Positions 17,246 through 26,676 of a stretch of 64,000 nucleotides of DNA are shown piece after piece. The position numbers were made by a program, and so were the translations under genes. This DNA is from Deltaproteobacteria bacterium (GTDB taxonomy: Bacteria; Myxococcota; B64-G9). The notes beneath the pieces were generated by a model that searched no databases, was not told the origin of the DNA, and was given only the letters and a program-made list of their open reading frames with translations. Location of the stretch: assembly GCA_019314375.1 (NCBI GenBank), contig JAFCZJ010000005.1:6910-70909 (forward strand). Direction: 5' to 3'. How positions within the stretch are numbered: position 1 is the first letter of the stretch; each line of letters starts with the position of its first letter.

Positions 17246-18802
17246 TCAGCCAGCCTTTTTGTCTTCTTTCGCCTTGGCTGGAGCATCCTTTTTCGTATCC
17301 TCAGCCTTGGGCTTGTCGGCAGCTTTGTCCTTGGCAGCCTTGTCCTTGGGCTTGTCGGCAGCTTTGTCCTTGGGCTTGTCGGCAGCCTTGTCCTTGGGCT
17401 TGTCGGCAGCTTTGTCCTTGGGCTTGTCGGCGGCTTTGTCCTTGGACCCTTCTGTACCCGTATCCGGCAGTGTCTCTCCCTCAGTCGGGACAGGTTCGGC
17501 GTCTTCTCCGGCCTTCAGCATTTCCTGTAGTTTTTGCTGACCGGCTTTGCCCTTCGTGGTGTCCTTCTTCGCAGCCGCTGCTCGGGCTTTACGTTTCTTT
17601 TTTTCTTCTTCTTGTTGCTTCCGGTCGTCCTCTGCCTGATCTACCTTCATCTGGCGAGCCATTTCAAGGCGAGCCTGAGCACCTTGCAGGCGGTTGTGGA
17701 CGGGATCGCTTTTGCTTACCTTCCCCACTACTTTCTTGTACCGTTTGTAGTACTCAACAGCCTTGGCGTAATTCCTGAGCAGACTGTCTTGAATGAGGCC
17801 CACCGCATAGATGCTTTGGGCATCCTTGGGCTCGCGGTGCAAAACCTTCTCGAACATTTCAAGGGATTTTTTGCCGTCTCCCAAACCGAATACGGCAAAG
17901 GCAAGCCCTTTGATGGCGATCAAGTTGTTCCTGTCTTTTGAGAGAACCTGCTCGTATGCCTTGCTTGCGCGCTGATAGTCGCGGAAGCGATGCGCCATGG
18001 CCGCGATATTGATCAGGGCTTCATTGTAATTCGGATCAATTTTCAAGGCCTTCTCAAACTGGGACTGGGCCTCTCGGAATCGTTTTTGGCCGATAAATAT
18101 CATGCCCAAATTGTTGTAGATGCCCGCGTCCTCAGGAATGGACTTGTCTTCTTTCCTGAGCTTCTCAAGCATTTTGCCGGCATTGATGGCCAGCAACTCG
18201 GCCTTTTTGAACTCCTTCTGATCGTAGTAGATAAGGGTCATGTTCTTGTAGGCTTCCACGTTGGTGGGTGCCCTGGCCAGAAGCTTGTAACCCGTTTTGA
18301 CTGCCTTGTTGTATTCCTTGTTCAGTCGATAGACCACGATGAGATTATTCATCAACTGGGGGTCGCGGGGTACCGTTTTCAGGGCTTCGCGATAATGGGC
18401 GATGGCCTTGTCGAACTTGTTTTGCCGCCTGAACACCACACCCAAATTCAGCAGGGCCTGACGGTGATCGGGTTTGATCTTGAGCGTCTCAGCATATTCC
18501 GTGGCTGCACCATTCAGGTCATTTTGTTTCATCAGAATCACGCCCACGTTGAAGTGTGCGTCGACCAGTTTTCCGTCATTGCCCTTGTAATGGGTCAGTG
18601 ATTTCCTGAGCAGAGCCACTCCCTGCTCCAGTTTTCCCGCTTCAATGGCCGCCAGCCCTTCATTGAAATAGGCCTCGGCGGGTTTGATCTTGATTACTTT
18701 TTGTATTTTCGTGTCGGGCTTGACCACCACCTTTTCGGGGCAGCCCGTCGCAAATACCGCAGCAACGACGACGATGGGCAGGATCGAATGATTCATGCGC
18801 AT
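17246..18802 (-). CDS. gltE: GltE/AglT-like TPR lipoprotein
   Basis: Lipobox FATGC, TPR array, charged C-terminal tail; synteny. Confidence 0.8.
   Translation of the reverse strand: MRMNHSILPIVVVAAVFATGCPEKVVVKPDTKIQKVIKIKPAEAYFNEGLAAIEAGKLEQGVALLRKSLTHYKGNDGKLVDAHFNVGVILMKQNDLNGAATEYAETLKIKPDHRQALLNLGVVFRRQNKFDKAIAHYREALKTVPRDPQLMNNLIVVYRLNKEYNKAVKTGYKLLARAPTNVEAYKNMTLIYYDQKEFKKAELLAINAGKMLEKLRKEDKSIPEDAGIYNNLGMIFIGQKRFREAQSQFEKALKIDPNYNEALINIAAMAHRFRDYQRASKAYEQVLSKDRNNLIAIKGLAFAVFGLGDGKKSLEMFEKVLHREPKDAQSIYAVGLIQDSLLRNYAKAVEYYKRYKKVVGKVSKSDPVHNRLQGAQARLEMARQMKVDQAEDDRKQQEEEKKKRKARAAAAKKDTTKGKAGQQKLQEMLKAGEDAEPVPTEGETLPDTGTEGSKDKAADKPKDKAADKPKDKAADKPKDKAADKPKDKAAKDKAADKPKAEDTKKDAPAKAKEDKKAG
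17305..17445. repeat. 24-nt coding tandem repeat (KDKAADKP)
   Basis: CCTTGGGCTTGTCGGCAGCTTTGT-type units, about 5-6 copies. Confidence 0.85.
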
Positions 18803-18842
18803 GGCTAGACTTCCTCGTTTCGCTTGTCGTTCCATCAGGGCC

Positions 18843-21800
18843 TCAAGAGGTCGGCTCAGCGCCGGTTTCCTGTCCAGGAGCACCTGGGGTTCCCTTGACT
18901 GCCGGCACCACCGGAACTTCCTTCGGCTCCGGCACGTCAAGCTTGTTCAGTTGAGGGCCCGCATCATAGAAAAACTCGGTGGACACCAGCCCGGCCGAAT
19001 AGACAGCCGGGTATTTATTGGTCTCGAAAGTACGCACCAGGTCTTGGGCCATCAAGGTCCAGCTGCCGTAAATGCCTTTCGCGTTGGACACGCTGATCGC
19101 CTTGTTCAGGAAAACAATGGCTTTTTCTTCCAGCGGCAAGGCCTGTTTCTGTAGTTCTTCTACATAAATGTCCTGTTGTTCCATCGTCAAACCGCCTGGC
19201 ACCGGGGCGTCCAGCATGGCCCGGCCAAGATCCTTGCTCAGTTCGGCGATGCGAACGAGGGCCGCCACCGACCAGTCAGGATCCCCGAATCCGATGATTT
19301 CTTGATACTTCTTTTCCAGCTTGGGGCGGATGTCGATTTTCTTGAACAGGTTGCGCTTGAGTGTGCGTGGCGGCAAAACCAGCTTCAAGGCGATGAACTC
19401 TTCAAACTCGGGCTGAACCTGCAAGAAGCGGGAGTGAGCCGCGGCCAGACGCGCCTCCGGATTTCGAGCCTTTTCTTCAAGCTTGTTGTAGCCCTCGATG
19501 ATCTTGTCCAGCAGCTTGTCTGAGTCTTTGGTCTTGCCCATCTTCCGGAGGGCCATGGCATGTCGATACAAGACGTTGAGCATACGCCCAGGACTTGAGC
19601 GCTCGACGAATTTCTCCAAATAACCATCAAAAACGCGATCGGCGTTGCGCCATTTGCCCTGTTGCTCGTAGATTTTGCCAACCTTCAAGAAGAGGTCAGG
19701 GGTGTCGTCCTTGTCAGGGAAGTGCTTGATGTAGAGTCCGTAGTTTTTGATGGCCTTGGCATACTGCCCCATGGATTCGCGCAGAAGTCCGGCGTTGAAT
19801 AGCGAGTCGGAGGCCTCTTTGTCCGTGATCAGGACGACCTTCGTCTCCTCTTTCTTCTTTCCGCGTCGACGCCGACTTCTCTTTTTGGCCTTTTTTCTTT
19901 TCCCTTTTTTACCCTTTTTGACCGTCTTGCCCTCTTGTTCGAGCCATTTGTTGAAAAGTTTTTCATTAAAGACCGCGGCCGTCCCGAAGTCGGCGATCCG
20001 ATCGTAAAACGATGCCAGGTAGCCGATGGTCGGGTTGATGCGATCCGACTTCTTGTAATTTTTCAGCAATCGCTTGCCCGCACGGATGGCCAGATCCAGT
20101 TGGTTTGCTTCGTCGTAGATGACCATGGCCGCGTACAAGGCCCGATGCGAGTATTTGCTCTTGGGAAAATCGTTGGCGAATTTGTCGAATCCGGTTGCGG
20201 CCCCCAAGGAATCGGTCTTCCGCAAGGCCAAGACCACGTTGTAGCCGGACTCTTCCACGAGACTTTGGATCTCGGGGGCGAATTTTTGTTTCTTGGCCAC
20301 CGGGCTTTTCATCAAAACTTCGTTCTTTTGGAAGGTCAGGGCCCAATAATTGACCGCCTTCCATGATGCGTTTCGATCCTTTTCCTCGTCGGACAAGGTG
20401 GCCTTCATGTACAGGCTGTTCAGCGAGAGGCGCACGGCTTTCAGTGCGTATTCGTTCCGCGGATAGCGTTCGATGATCTCGCCAAAGCGTTTGGCCATCT
20501 CCGCAAAGTGCCGGTACTTGTAAAAGACGAAGGCGCTCTTGAAGCGAATGGGGATGTACATGTCATGCTTGGCGGCTGCGCTCGAATATACATCCGCCGC
20601 GGCCAAGAACTTCTTTTCAAAGAATGGGATGTCTTTTTTGACCAGTTTGTCCTTGGACACCGTGCCGGATTGGACAAAGGACATTTTCTGGTGCTTGATG
20701 ATTTTGCTCTCTTCTTTTCCGAGTTTGCCTTTGCCTCTTTTGGCTTTCCAATCACGGCAATCCTTTTTCTGGGTGTCGCGCATGACCATGCACTTCTCCC
20801 AGCAAAGCACCGCATTGTAAGAGGCCTCGGGCGAGTACACACCATCCCGCTTCTTTTCCACCACCAGGGCATACTGCTGACCAGCGGTGTAAAAGTCGCC
20901 CATCTTGTAAAGGATGTCAGAGTAGTACCAGCGCAACTTGTACGCATACAGACTATCCGGGAAGGTCTCCAGGTACTTGGCATAAATGCTCTTGGCCAAA
21001 TTGTAGGTATCCCAGCTTTTGGTCTCCTGTGCCTCTTTGTGGTAGCTGGTCACGAGGTCCCGAAGTGACTCTTCCACCATGGTGTTGGCCTTGGCGATGG
21101 CCATTTTGTTGGCTTTGTTGACTTCAGCCCAATGGGAGCCCGGTCGGTACTGATCGATCAGTCGGTTGACTTCTTGTTTGACCTTGTTCCGCTTGTTCAT
21201 CTTGCGATAAGCCATGACGACGGAGTTGTGGAAGGCAGGACAATTGGGATCCGTGGGGTACTCGTTAAGCAACAAGCGGTTGGACTTGACGGTCATCTCC
21301 GCCTTGCCCTGTTTTTCATAGGTTCGGGCCAGCTTGCGAAGAAACCTGAGTGTTTCTTTCTTGCCCACTTGGCTCAGATAGTACTCTTGTGCTGATTCCA
21401 GCGCTTCGATTTGGGCGAAAGACAGGACCATGTCCTGCAGGGCCTCACGCTTAAGCTGGATCTTATTCTTGTCACCGCCCGATTTTTGCGATTCCTGGGT
21501 GGCCAGTTCCGCCACCAACTTGAACTTCTCCAGCGCTTTTTCGTACTCGCCCAGGTTGTAGTCACACCAACTCAGCTTATAAAGAGCAAAAGTGTAAACC
21601 TTGGATTCCTTGAATTTAAGCGCCCGCTCGTAGGCCTTCTTGGCGTTGAAGACGTCGTCCGCGTTGAAGTAATGCTCGCCCATGGCCAGGTAGGCATCGG
21701 GCACGAAACGGCTCTCCGGATGGCCCTTGATTAAGTCCCAGTACATCTTGACGCCTTCGGACTTGTTGCCACTCTCGTAGAGGTTGTAGCCCATCGTGAA

Positions 21801-22457
21801 GAGTACTTCGTCCCGGCGGTGATAGTTCTTGTACTTTTTCAAGATGACGGAATACACGTCCATGGTCTGCTTTGTGTAAACTTGGCTTTTCCGATTGTCG
21901 ATCTTGGGTTCGGCGGCGTTGGGATCGGTTTCGCGCTTGGCGAACCATGCCTGAACGGCCTTGTCGTATGTCTGCATCTCCGTGTAGTAGATGGAGCGAG
22001 CTTTTTCGTAGTAACGCTCAGCCAATCGGAAAAGCAGATCGGCTTTGATCGGGCCGTCGGACGTGGTTTGGATAATCTCGCGCAGCTGGCCGATCTCGTC
22101 GTCCAACAACTTCTCTTCCAGGGTGGCGCCCGCGGCCTTTTTCTCTTCGACCATGGGCAGCTTGATCTTGGCGGGACCTGCGTCTTCTTCTTTCTCGTCT
22201 TGTTTCTTTTCTTTCTTTTTGTCGAATTCCGGTACCTCGGAGAACTCGAGACTACGACCCCGTTTCTTCTTTTTTCTTTTCTTCCTCTTCTTGCGTTTTG
22301 ATCTTTTCTTTTTTCTCTTTTTCTTTTTCTTGCTTTTGGCCACCAGCGTACCTTCGTGAAAAACGCCGGCCTGAATAGTCGTCGGGGCCAAGGCACCAAG
22401 GCCAAAGGCTATGATCAGGCAAAGGACCCAGGTTTTCATTGTGCCAAACAGGTTCAT
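18843..22457 (-). CDS. gltD: GltD/AgmU-like large TPR protein
   Basis: Signal peptide, LLFRLAERY, FALYKLSWC, LKREALQD, many TPRs; GGAGG RBS; synteny. Confidence 0.82.
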   Translation of the reverse strand: MNLFGTMKTWVLCLIIAFGLGALAPTTIQAGVFHEGTLVAKSKKKKKRKKKRSKRKKRKKRKKKKRGRSLEFSEVPEFDKKKEKKQDEKEEDAGPAKIKLPMVEEKKAAGATLEEKLLDDEIGQLREIIQTTSDGPIKADLLFRLAERYYEKARSIYYTEMQTYDKAVQAWFAKRETDPNAAEPKIDNRKSQVYTKQTMDVYSVILKKYKNYHRRDEVLFTMGYNLYESGNKSEGVKMYWDLIKGHPESRFVPDAYLAMGEHYFNADDVFNAKKAYERALKFKESKVYTFALYKLSWCDYNLGEYEKALEKFKLVAELATQESQKSGGDKNKIQLKREALQDMVLSFAQIEALESAQEYYLSQVGKKETLRFLRKLARTYEKQGKAEMTVKSNRLLLNEYPTDPNCPAFHNSVVMAYRKMNKRNKVKQEVNRLIDQYRPGSHWAEVNKANKMAIAKANTMVEESLRDLVTSYHKEAQETKSWDTYNLAKSIYAKYLETFPDSLYAYKLRWYYSDILYKMGDFYTAGQQYALVVEKKRDGVYSPEASYNAVLCWEKCMVMRDTQKKDCRDWKAKRGKGKLGKEESKIIKHQKMSFVQSGTVSKDKLVKKDIPFFEKKFLAAADVYSSAAAKHDMYIPIRFKSAFVFYKYRHFAEMAKRFGEIIERYPRNEYALKAVRLSLNSLYMKATLSDEEKDRNASWKAVNYWALTFQKNEVLMKSPVAKKQKFAPEIQSLVEESGYNVVLALRKTDSLGAATGFDKFANDFPKSKYSHRALYAAMVIYDEANQLDLAIRAGKRLLKNYKKSDRINPTIGYLASFYDRIADFGTAAVFNEKLFNKWLEQEGKTVKKGKKGKRKKAKKRSRRRRGKKKEETKVVLITDKEASDSLFNAGLLRESMGQYAKAIKNYGLYIKHFPDKDDTPDLFLKVGKIYEQQGKWRNADRVFDGYLEKFVERSSPGRMLNVLYRHAMALRKMGKTKDSDKLLDKIIEGYNKLEEKARNPEARLAAAHSRFLQVQPEFEEFIALKLVLPPRTLKRNLFKKIDIRPKLEKKYQEIIGFGDPDWSVAALVRIAELSKDLGRAMLDAPVPGGLTMEQQDIYVEELQKQALPLEEKAIVFLNKAISVSNAKGIYGSWTLMAQDLVRTFETNKYPAVYSAGLVSTEFFYDAGPQLNKLDVPEPKEVPVVPAVKGTPGAPGQETGAEPTS

Positions 22458-22470
22458 CGACTTCCTCCGG

Positions 22471-24069
22471 TCACTTCGATGCCTCAGATGGACAAGCACG
22501 CCGTACTGTGTATTCGTAGAAACCCATCTCGTCGTCCCAATACTCTCTCTTGAACGGCCAGTAGTTGTGGGTTTCGTCGGGAACTTTGGGACGCGGGGCC
22601 AACTTCCCGCGTTGTTCAGCCTTGATATTCAGGCCCGCCTTGAGCAAGAGGCGCTCACGGGTCGTGATCTCCAGATTGACCATCTTGGCATGCCCAACGA
22701 AGCCTAAGATGGTTTGGTAGCTCTGCATCAAGTTGGCTTTGACGAAGCCACCGGCTGTCTTTTCAAGCAGGCTGCGCTGCATCGTCACGACACCGCCCAG
22801 CTCTTCAGCCAAGCGACTGCCTTTCCACTCACCAACCTGAACGATGGCCTTGGCTTCCCGGTCCAGTGAACGCAGGAAATGGCGAAAGTTTTCCACGCGG
22901 GGATTGTCGAGCAAAGCCTGGCGCACTTTCCCGGGCACCTTGGCCATCGGATCAGAAGCGTCCAACTTATCTCTGAGCAAGAGAGAAGCAAATTGCTCAT
23001 TGGTCAAGGAGCCGCCGACCAGGTTTTTCAATGTAGGCAGCAAGACTTCATAGTTGTCTCTGTAATAGGCCAGAGCCGTTTTGGCCTCGTCGTAGAGGCA
23101 AACCTGGAAGTAAACCGTGGCTTTGAGTATCCAGCTCTCGGGATGCAGCAGGTCTTTGTATCGTGGTGCATGCAGAGAATGCAGAGCGCCCAGGGCCTTG
23201 CCGTATTCTTGTCGCATATAGAAGGCCCAGCCGATTTCAAACATGGAGTCGGCCCAATCCTGGCTAAGGCGCGGGATGCGTGAGTAGTACATCACCGCCT
23301 TGTCGTAGTCACCCTTGCCGTAATACGATCGCGCCAAATTCAAGGTGCAAAGTTGCCAAATGCGCTGGATATCCTCGTAAGTTGCCAGGGCGCGAAGGGC
23401 TTTGGCCTTTGTGCGTCCCGACAGGTCCACGATTTGCTCGAATAGCTTGATGGCCAAGTCGTATTCTTGCTGCATTTTCGATTCCGAGCCGGCCAGATTG
23501 TAGCGCACACCCAAGCGGGTGTGAATGATGGCTTGCAAGAAGAGCGACTTGGCAAAGACAGGGCTCTTGGTGTCCACGGCCCCGAGGAAGGCCAGGCTCT
23601 CCGCATATTTTTCCTGACGGTACAACAACAAGCCCACGTAAAAGTTGATCCGACTTAATGACATGGGATCCATGCCGGCAAACTCTTGGCTGTTGTAATA
23701 TTTGTTAATTTGCGAAGGGATCAGGGTGTCGTCTCTGAGCGACTTGGCAACTTTGATCAGGCCCTCGGCACCCTTAAGGTAATAGGGGTGCGCCGGACCC
23801 GCGACAAAGACCGCATTATAATAGGCCAAGGCCGATTGGTACATCCCCATCTTGAACAGGGACTGGGCAAGGTAGTATTCGGCCTGGGTCCGATTGGCTG
23901 CCACGGTATCGGTCATGCGAACCTGGTAGAAAAGCAAGGATGCGCGACCGAGGTCTTCGTTGTTGTAGGCCTCAACGGCCTGGTTGAGCATGCCCCCTGC
24001 CCCCTGGGCCATAGCCAGGGATGGAGCTGCGAGAGCGATCAATACGAACAAGGCAATGTGCCGTCTCAT
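22471..24069 (-). CDS. gltC: GltC-like TPR protein
   Basis: Signal peptide, TPRs, C-terminal YWPFKREYWDDEMGFYEYT..C motif. Confidence 0.82.
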   Translation of the reverse strand: MRRHIALFVLIALAAPSLAMAQGAGGMLNQAVEAYNNEDLGRASLLFYQVRMTDTVAANRTQAEYYLAQSLFKMGMYQSALAYYNAVFVAGPAHPYYLKGAEGLIKVAKSLRDDTLIPSQINKYYNSQEFAGMDPMSLSRINFYVGLLLYRQEKYAESLAFLGAVDTKSPVFAKSLFLQAIIHTRLGVRYNLAGSESKMQQEYDLAIKLFEQIVDLSGRTKAKALRALATYEDIQRIWQLCTLNLARSYYGKGDYDKAVMYYSRIPRLSQDWADSMFEIGWAFYMRQEYGKALGALHSLHAPRYKDLLHPESWILKATVYFQVCLYDEAKTALAYYRDNYEVLLPTLKNLVGGSLTNEQFASLLLRDKLDASDPMAKVPGKVRQALLDNPRVENFRHFLRSLDREAKAIVQVGEWKGSRLAEELGGVVTMQRSLLEKTAGGFVKANLMQSYQTILGFVGHAKMVNLEITTRERLLLKAGLNIKAEQRGKLAPRPKVPDETHNYWPFKREYWDDEMGFYEYTVRRACPSEASK

Positions 24070-24116
24070 CTTAGGGTCTCCTCCGCTGCGTCTGCGTCCG
24101 TTGTCCGCCCTGGCCA

Positions 24117-24920
24117 TCACTTATACGGGCTCCAGATTTCGACAGGGTCCTCACCGCCGAACAGGAAGCTCAAGCCCAGATTGACGAACAAGGTGTTGCG
24201 AATCTTGGTCTCATCCTGGGCGATGGTGGCCGCGGATGCTTCACCCTTAACCCGAGCGGCGAAGGTGTAATCTCGCACATCCAAGCGAATGGCGAACCAT
24301 CGGCTAAGGAAGATACGGAAGCCCAGACCGAAGGTGCCCACGAAGTAGTTGCCCGTGTCGACCCAGTAGCCGCTTGCGTTTTTGAACTCGGTGGAGGCCA
24401 TGCCGCCGCCTGCGCTCAGGTAGAAGTCAGCGTGGCCCAAAACTCGATTGAACAGGGTCCACTTGCCGTAAATGGGGCTGAACTGGATGTTGATGCCCAC
24501 GAAGTTGTTGATCATGGCCAAGTCGGCGTTGGATGGGCTGAGCTGGGCGTCTTTTTTCACTTCGTCGTAAGCCGTGGTGTAGTGGTTGCCGAAGCGCAGG
24601 CCATCACCCTTGTAAGTGGCCGGGTCGCTGCCTTCAACCTTGTCGCCCATGGCGAAAGGCACCTTGCAGGACATCCAAATGGCCTCCAGGGCAAAGGCCT
24701 CGTCCAGGTGGTAGTCGAAAGCCAGGGTGCCCGAGTAATGCTGGGTGAAGATGTCGTCCACGCTCAGGCCACCGAAAAGCGCCACTTCAAATTTGTTCTT
24801 GACCGAATAATCACGTTTCTGAATCACGTGCACACGTTCGTTCTGGCTCTGTGCCCAGACCGTCGGGGCCAGTAAGCAGACCGTCAAGATGGCGAACAGG
24901 ACTCGCGTAATCCGCGTCAT
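24117..24920 (-). CDS. GltA/GltB (NfsA/B)-like outer membrane beta-barrel
   Basis: Signal peptide, VIQKR, FSPIYGK, GLGFRIF, RLDVRDY, GLSFLF. Confidence 0.82.
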   Translation of the reverse strand: MTRITRVLFAILTVCLLAPTVWAQSQNERVHVIQKRDYSVKNKFEVALFGGLSVDDIFTQHYSGTLAFDYHLDEAFALEAIWMSCKVPFAMGDKVEGSDPATYKGDGLRFGNHYTTAYDEVKKDAQLSPSNADLAMINNFVGINIQFSPIYGKWTLFNRVLGHADFYLSAGGGMASTEFKNASGYWVDTGNYFVGTFGLGFRIFLSRWFAIRLDVRDYTFAARVKGEASAATIAQDETKIRNTLFVNLGLSFLFGGEDPVEIWSPYK

Positions 24921-24940
24921 GGTGTCACCTCGCTCCCATT

Positions 24941-25669
24941 CTAAAAGGCATAACACACGCCGAGACGGAACATGACGACGTGGACAAAGTCCTCGAGCAT
25001 CTTGTCTTCCACGGTCGTGCCCGAAGGTTTGTGTTGGGCATCGTATTTGTCGTAGATGAATTGGTCACGGATTTCCACCCGGAGACTCCAGTCCTCGACG
25101 AAGTGCAGGCGCAGTCCGCCGCCGAAATAGACCATGGGTTGGAAACCCGCATCCACTTTGATTTTTTGGTAGGTCCCGCCAGACCAATTCAATTCGGAGT
25201 AATTGTAGTGCGCAATTCCCGCCCCGCCCACCAGGTATAGGTGGAAGCTGACGGCAAGCTCAGCCGACAGGTTGAGCTTGCCGTAGAGAGGATTGAGCAC
25301 GAAGCCGGCCGTGGACCAAAAGTCGAAATATTTCAGATCGGTCAGCGGCAGGCGTTGGATGCCGTCCAGGTTCTCGGCGGTGCCTAAGATCTCGTCTAAC
25401 AGTTTTCGATCCCCGTTGATGAAGGCATAGCCGATATCCAACTCCAGACCGATGTAATCGTTGAAGTAGTACGCTACACCGGCCGAGGTCCCGATATGCC
25501 GAGTATACTTATCGAAGGTCGAGAGGGATGGCGTAAGCATGATCTCCAGCCGTCCATCCATGTTGTAGAGTTGGTTTGCCACGGTCAGGCCGTCCGCCCG
25601 GCTTGTGGCCGGTGCCGCCAGGACCAGGCAACATAACAAGAATTTGGGTAGAATCCGCAGGTTTCGCAT
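24941..25669 (-). CDS. GltA/GltB (NfsA/B)-like outer membrane beta-barrel
   Basis: Signal peptide, NPLYGKL, GGGLRL, RVEIRD, terminal GVCYAF. Confidence 0.82.
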   Translation of the reverse strand: MRNLRILPKFLLCCLVLAAPATSRADGLTVANQLYNMDGRLEIMLTPSLSTFDKYTRHIGTSAGVAYYFNDYIGLELDIGYAFINGDRKLLDEILGTAENLDGIQRLPLTDLKYFDFWSTAGFVLNPLYGKLNLSAELAVSFHLYLVGGAGIAHYNYSELNWSGGTYQKIKVDAGFQPMVYFGGGLRLHFVEDWSLRVEIRDQFIYDKYDAQHKPSGTTVEDKMLEDFVHVVMFRLGVCYAF

Positions 25670-25859
25670 GTTCCGGTATTCTCCGCTGCGCGTGGGTGAA
25701 GTGAACAATCTCATGGTCGAAATTGTGTATAATAGAGGCCCTGCCAACGCAAGGAAATTCTTTGTTTCCTTAGTGCTTATCCTACAGCTCGCACAGATTC
25801 ACACAAAGGATCACAGGGGGGTTGAAGGGGGGTACAAGAGGACAGCAGGGTCAAAAATT

Positions 25860-26531
25860 CTATTTCAGAAGAGCCTTCTTTTTGGCGCTACGCTGCTTTT
25901 TGACGGCTTTTTGCACCATCACCAGCCCGTTTTTGGCACCAGGGATAGCGCCCTTGATGAGTAGGAGGTTGCGCTCGGTGTCCACCTTGAGCAGACGCAG
26001 GTTTTGGATGGTCACCCGCTTGTTGCCCATCTGACCAGGCAAGCGGCGACCCTTCCAGACCTTGCCGGGGAACTCGCAGTTGCCGATGGAGCCCGGATGG
26101 CGCATGTTTTCGTGGGTGCCGCGTGTCGCGGTGCCACCAGCCATGCCGTACTTTTTGACGACACCCTGAAATCCGCGACCCTTGCTGACGGCCACGACAT
26201 CGACGAAATCCCCATCTTCGAAAATGGACACGGTGATCTGATCACCGATTTTATACGCATCCACTTCTTCAGGGGTCATGCGCACCTCGCGCAGATAGCG
26301 CTGGGTTTTCAGATCGAGACGCTCAAAGGTACCCAGCCTGGGCTTGTTGAGTTTGCGGCCCGGGATTTCTTCGAAGCCAATTTGAATCGCGCTATATTTG
26401 TGCTTGGCGGGGGTACGCTTCTGCACCACAATGTTCGGCGAAGCAGCCAGCACGGTCACCGGAATTCGGTGTCCGACATCGTCAAAGATTTGCGTCATAC
26501 CCAATTTCTTTCCAAGAATTGCTCTAGACAT
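25860..26531 (-). CDS. rplC: 50S ribosomal protein L3
   Basis: ILGKKLGMTQIF, SKGRGFQGVVK, PGSIG, GQMGN, IKGAIPG. Confidence 0.98.
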   Translation of the reverse strand: MSRAILGKKLGMTQIFDDVGHRIPVTVLAASPNIVVQKRTPAKHKYSAIQIGFEEIPGRKLNKPRLGTFERLDLKTQRYLREVRMTPEEVDAYKIGDQITVSIFEDGDFVDVVAVSKGRGFQGVVKKYGMAGGTATRGTHENMRHPGSIGNCEFPGKVWKGRRLPGQMGNKRVTIQNLRLLKVDTERNLLLIKGAIPGAKNGLVMVQKAVKKQRSAKKKALLK

Positions 26532-26618
26532 CTCAAATGCTCCTTCGTGTGCTTTTGTGCCTGCACTTACCAGTTTTCGCGCCGGTCCTTCATGAGACCG
26601 AAGCCCAGCGAGCGTGGA

Positions 26619-26646
26619 ATTATATTCAGAAGCAATAGGAAATCAA
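26619..26646 (-). promoter_or_regulatory. sigma70-type promoter for rplC
   Basis: TTGATT (26646-26641), 16 nt spacer, TATAAT (26624-26619), with an A-rich upstream tract. Confidence 0.65.
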
Positions 26647-26676
26647 GCTTTTTTTGAGTTTTCCTTCAGATTTCCT

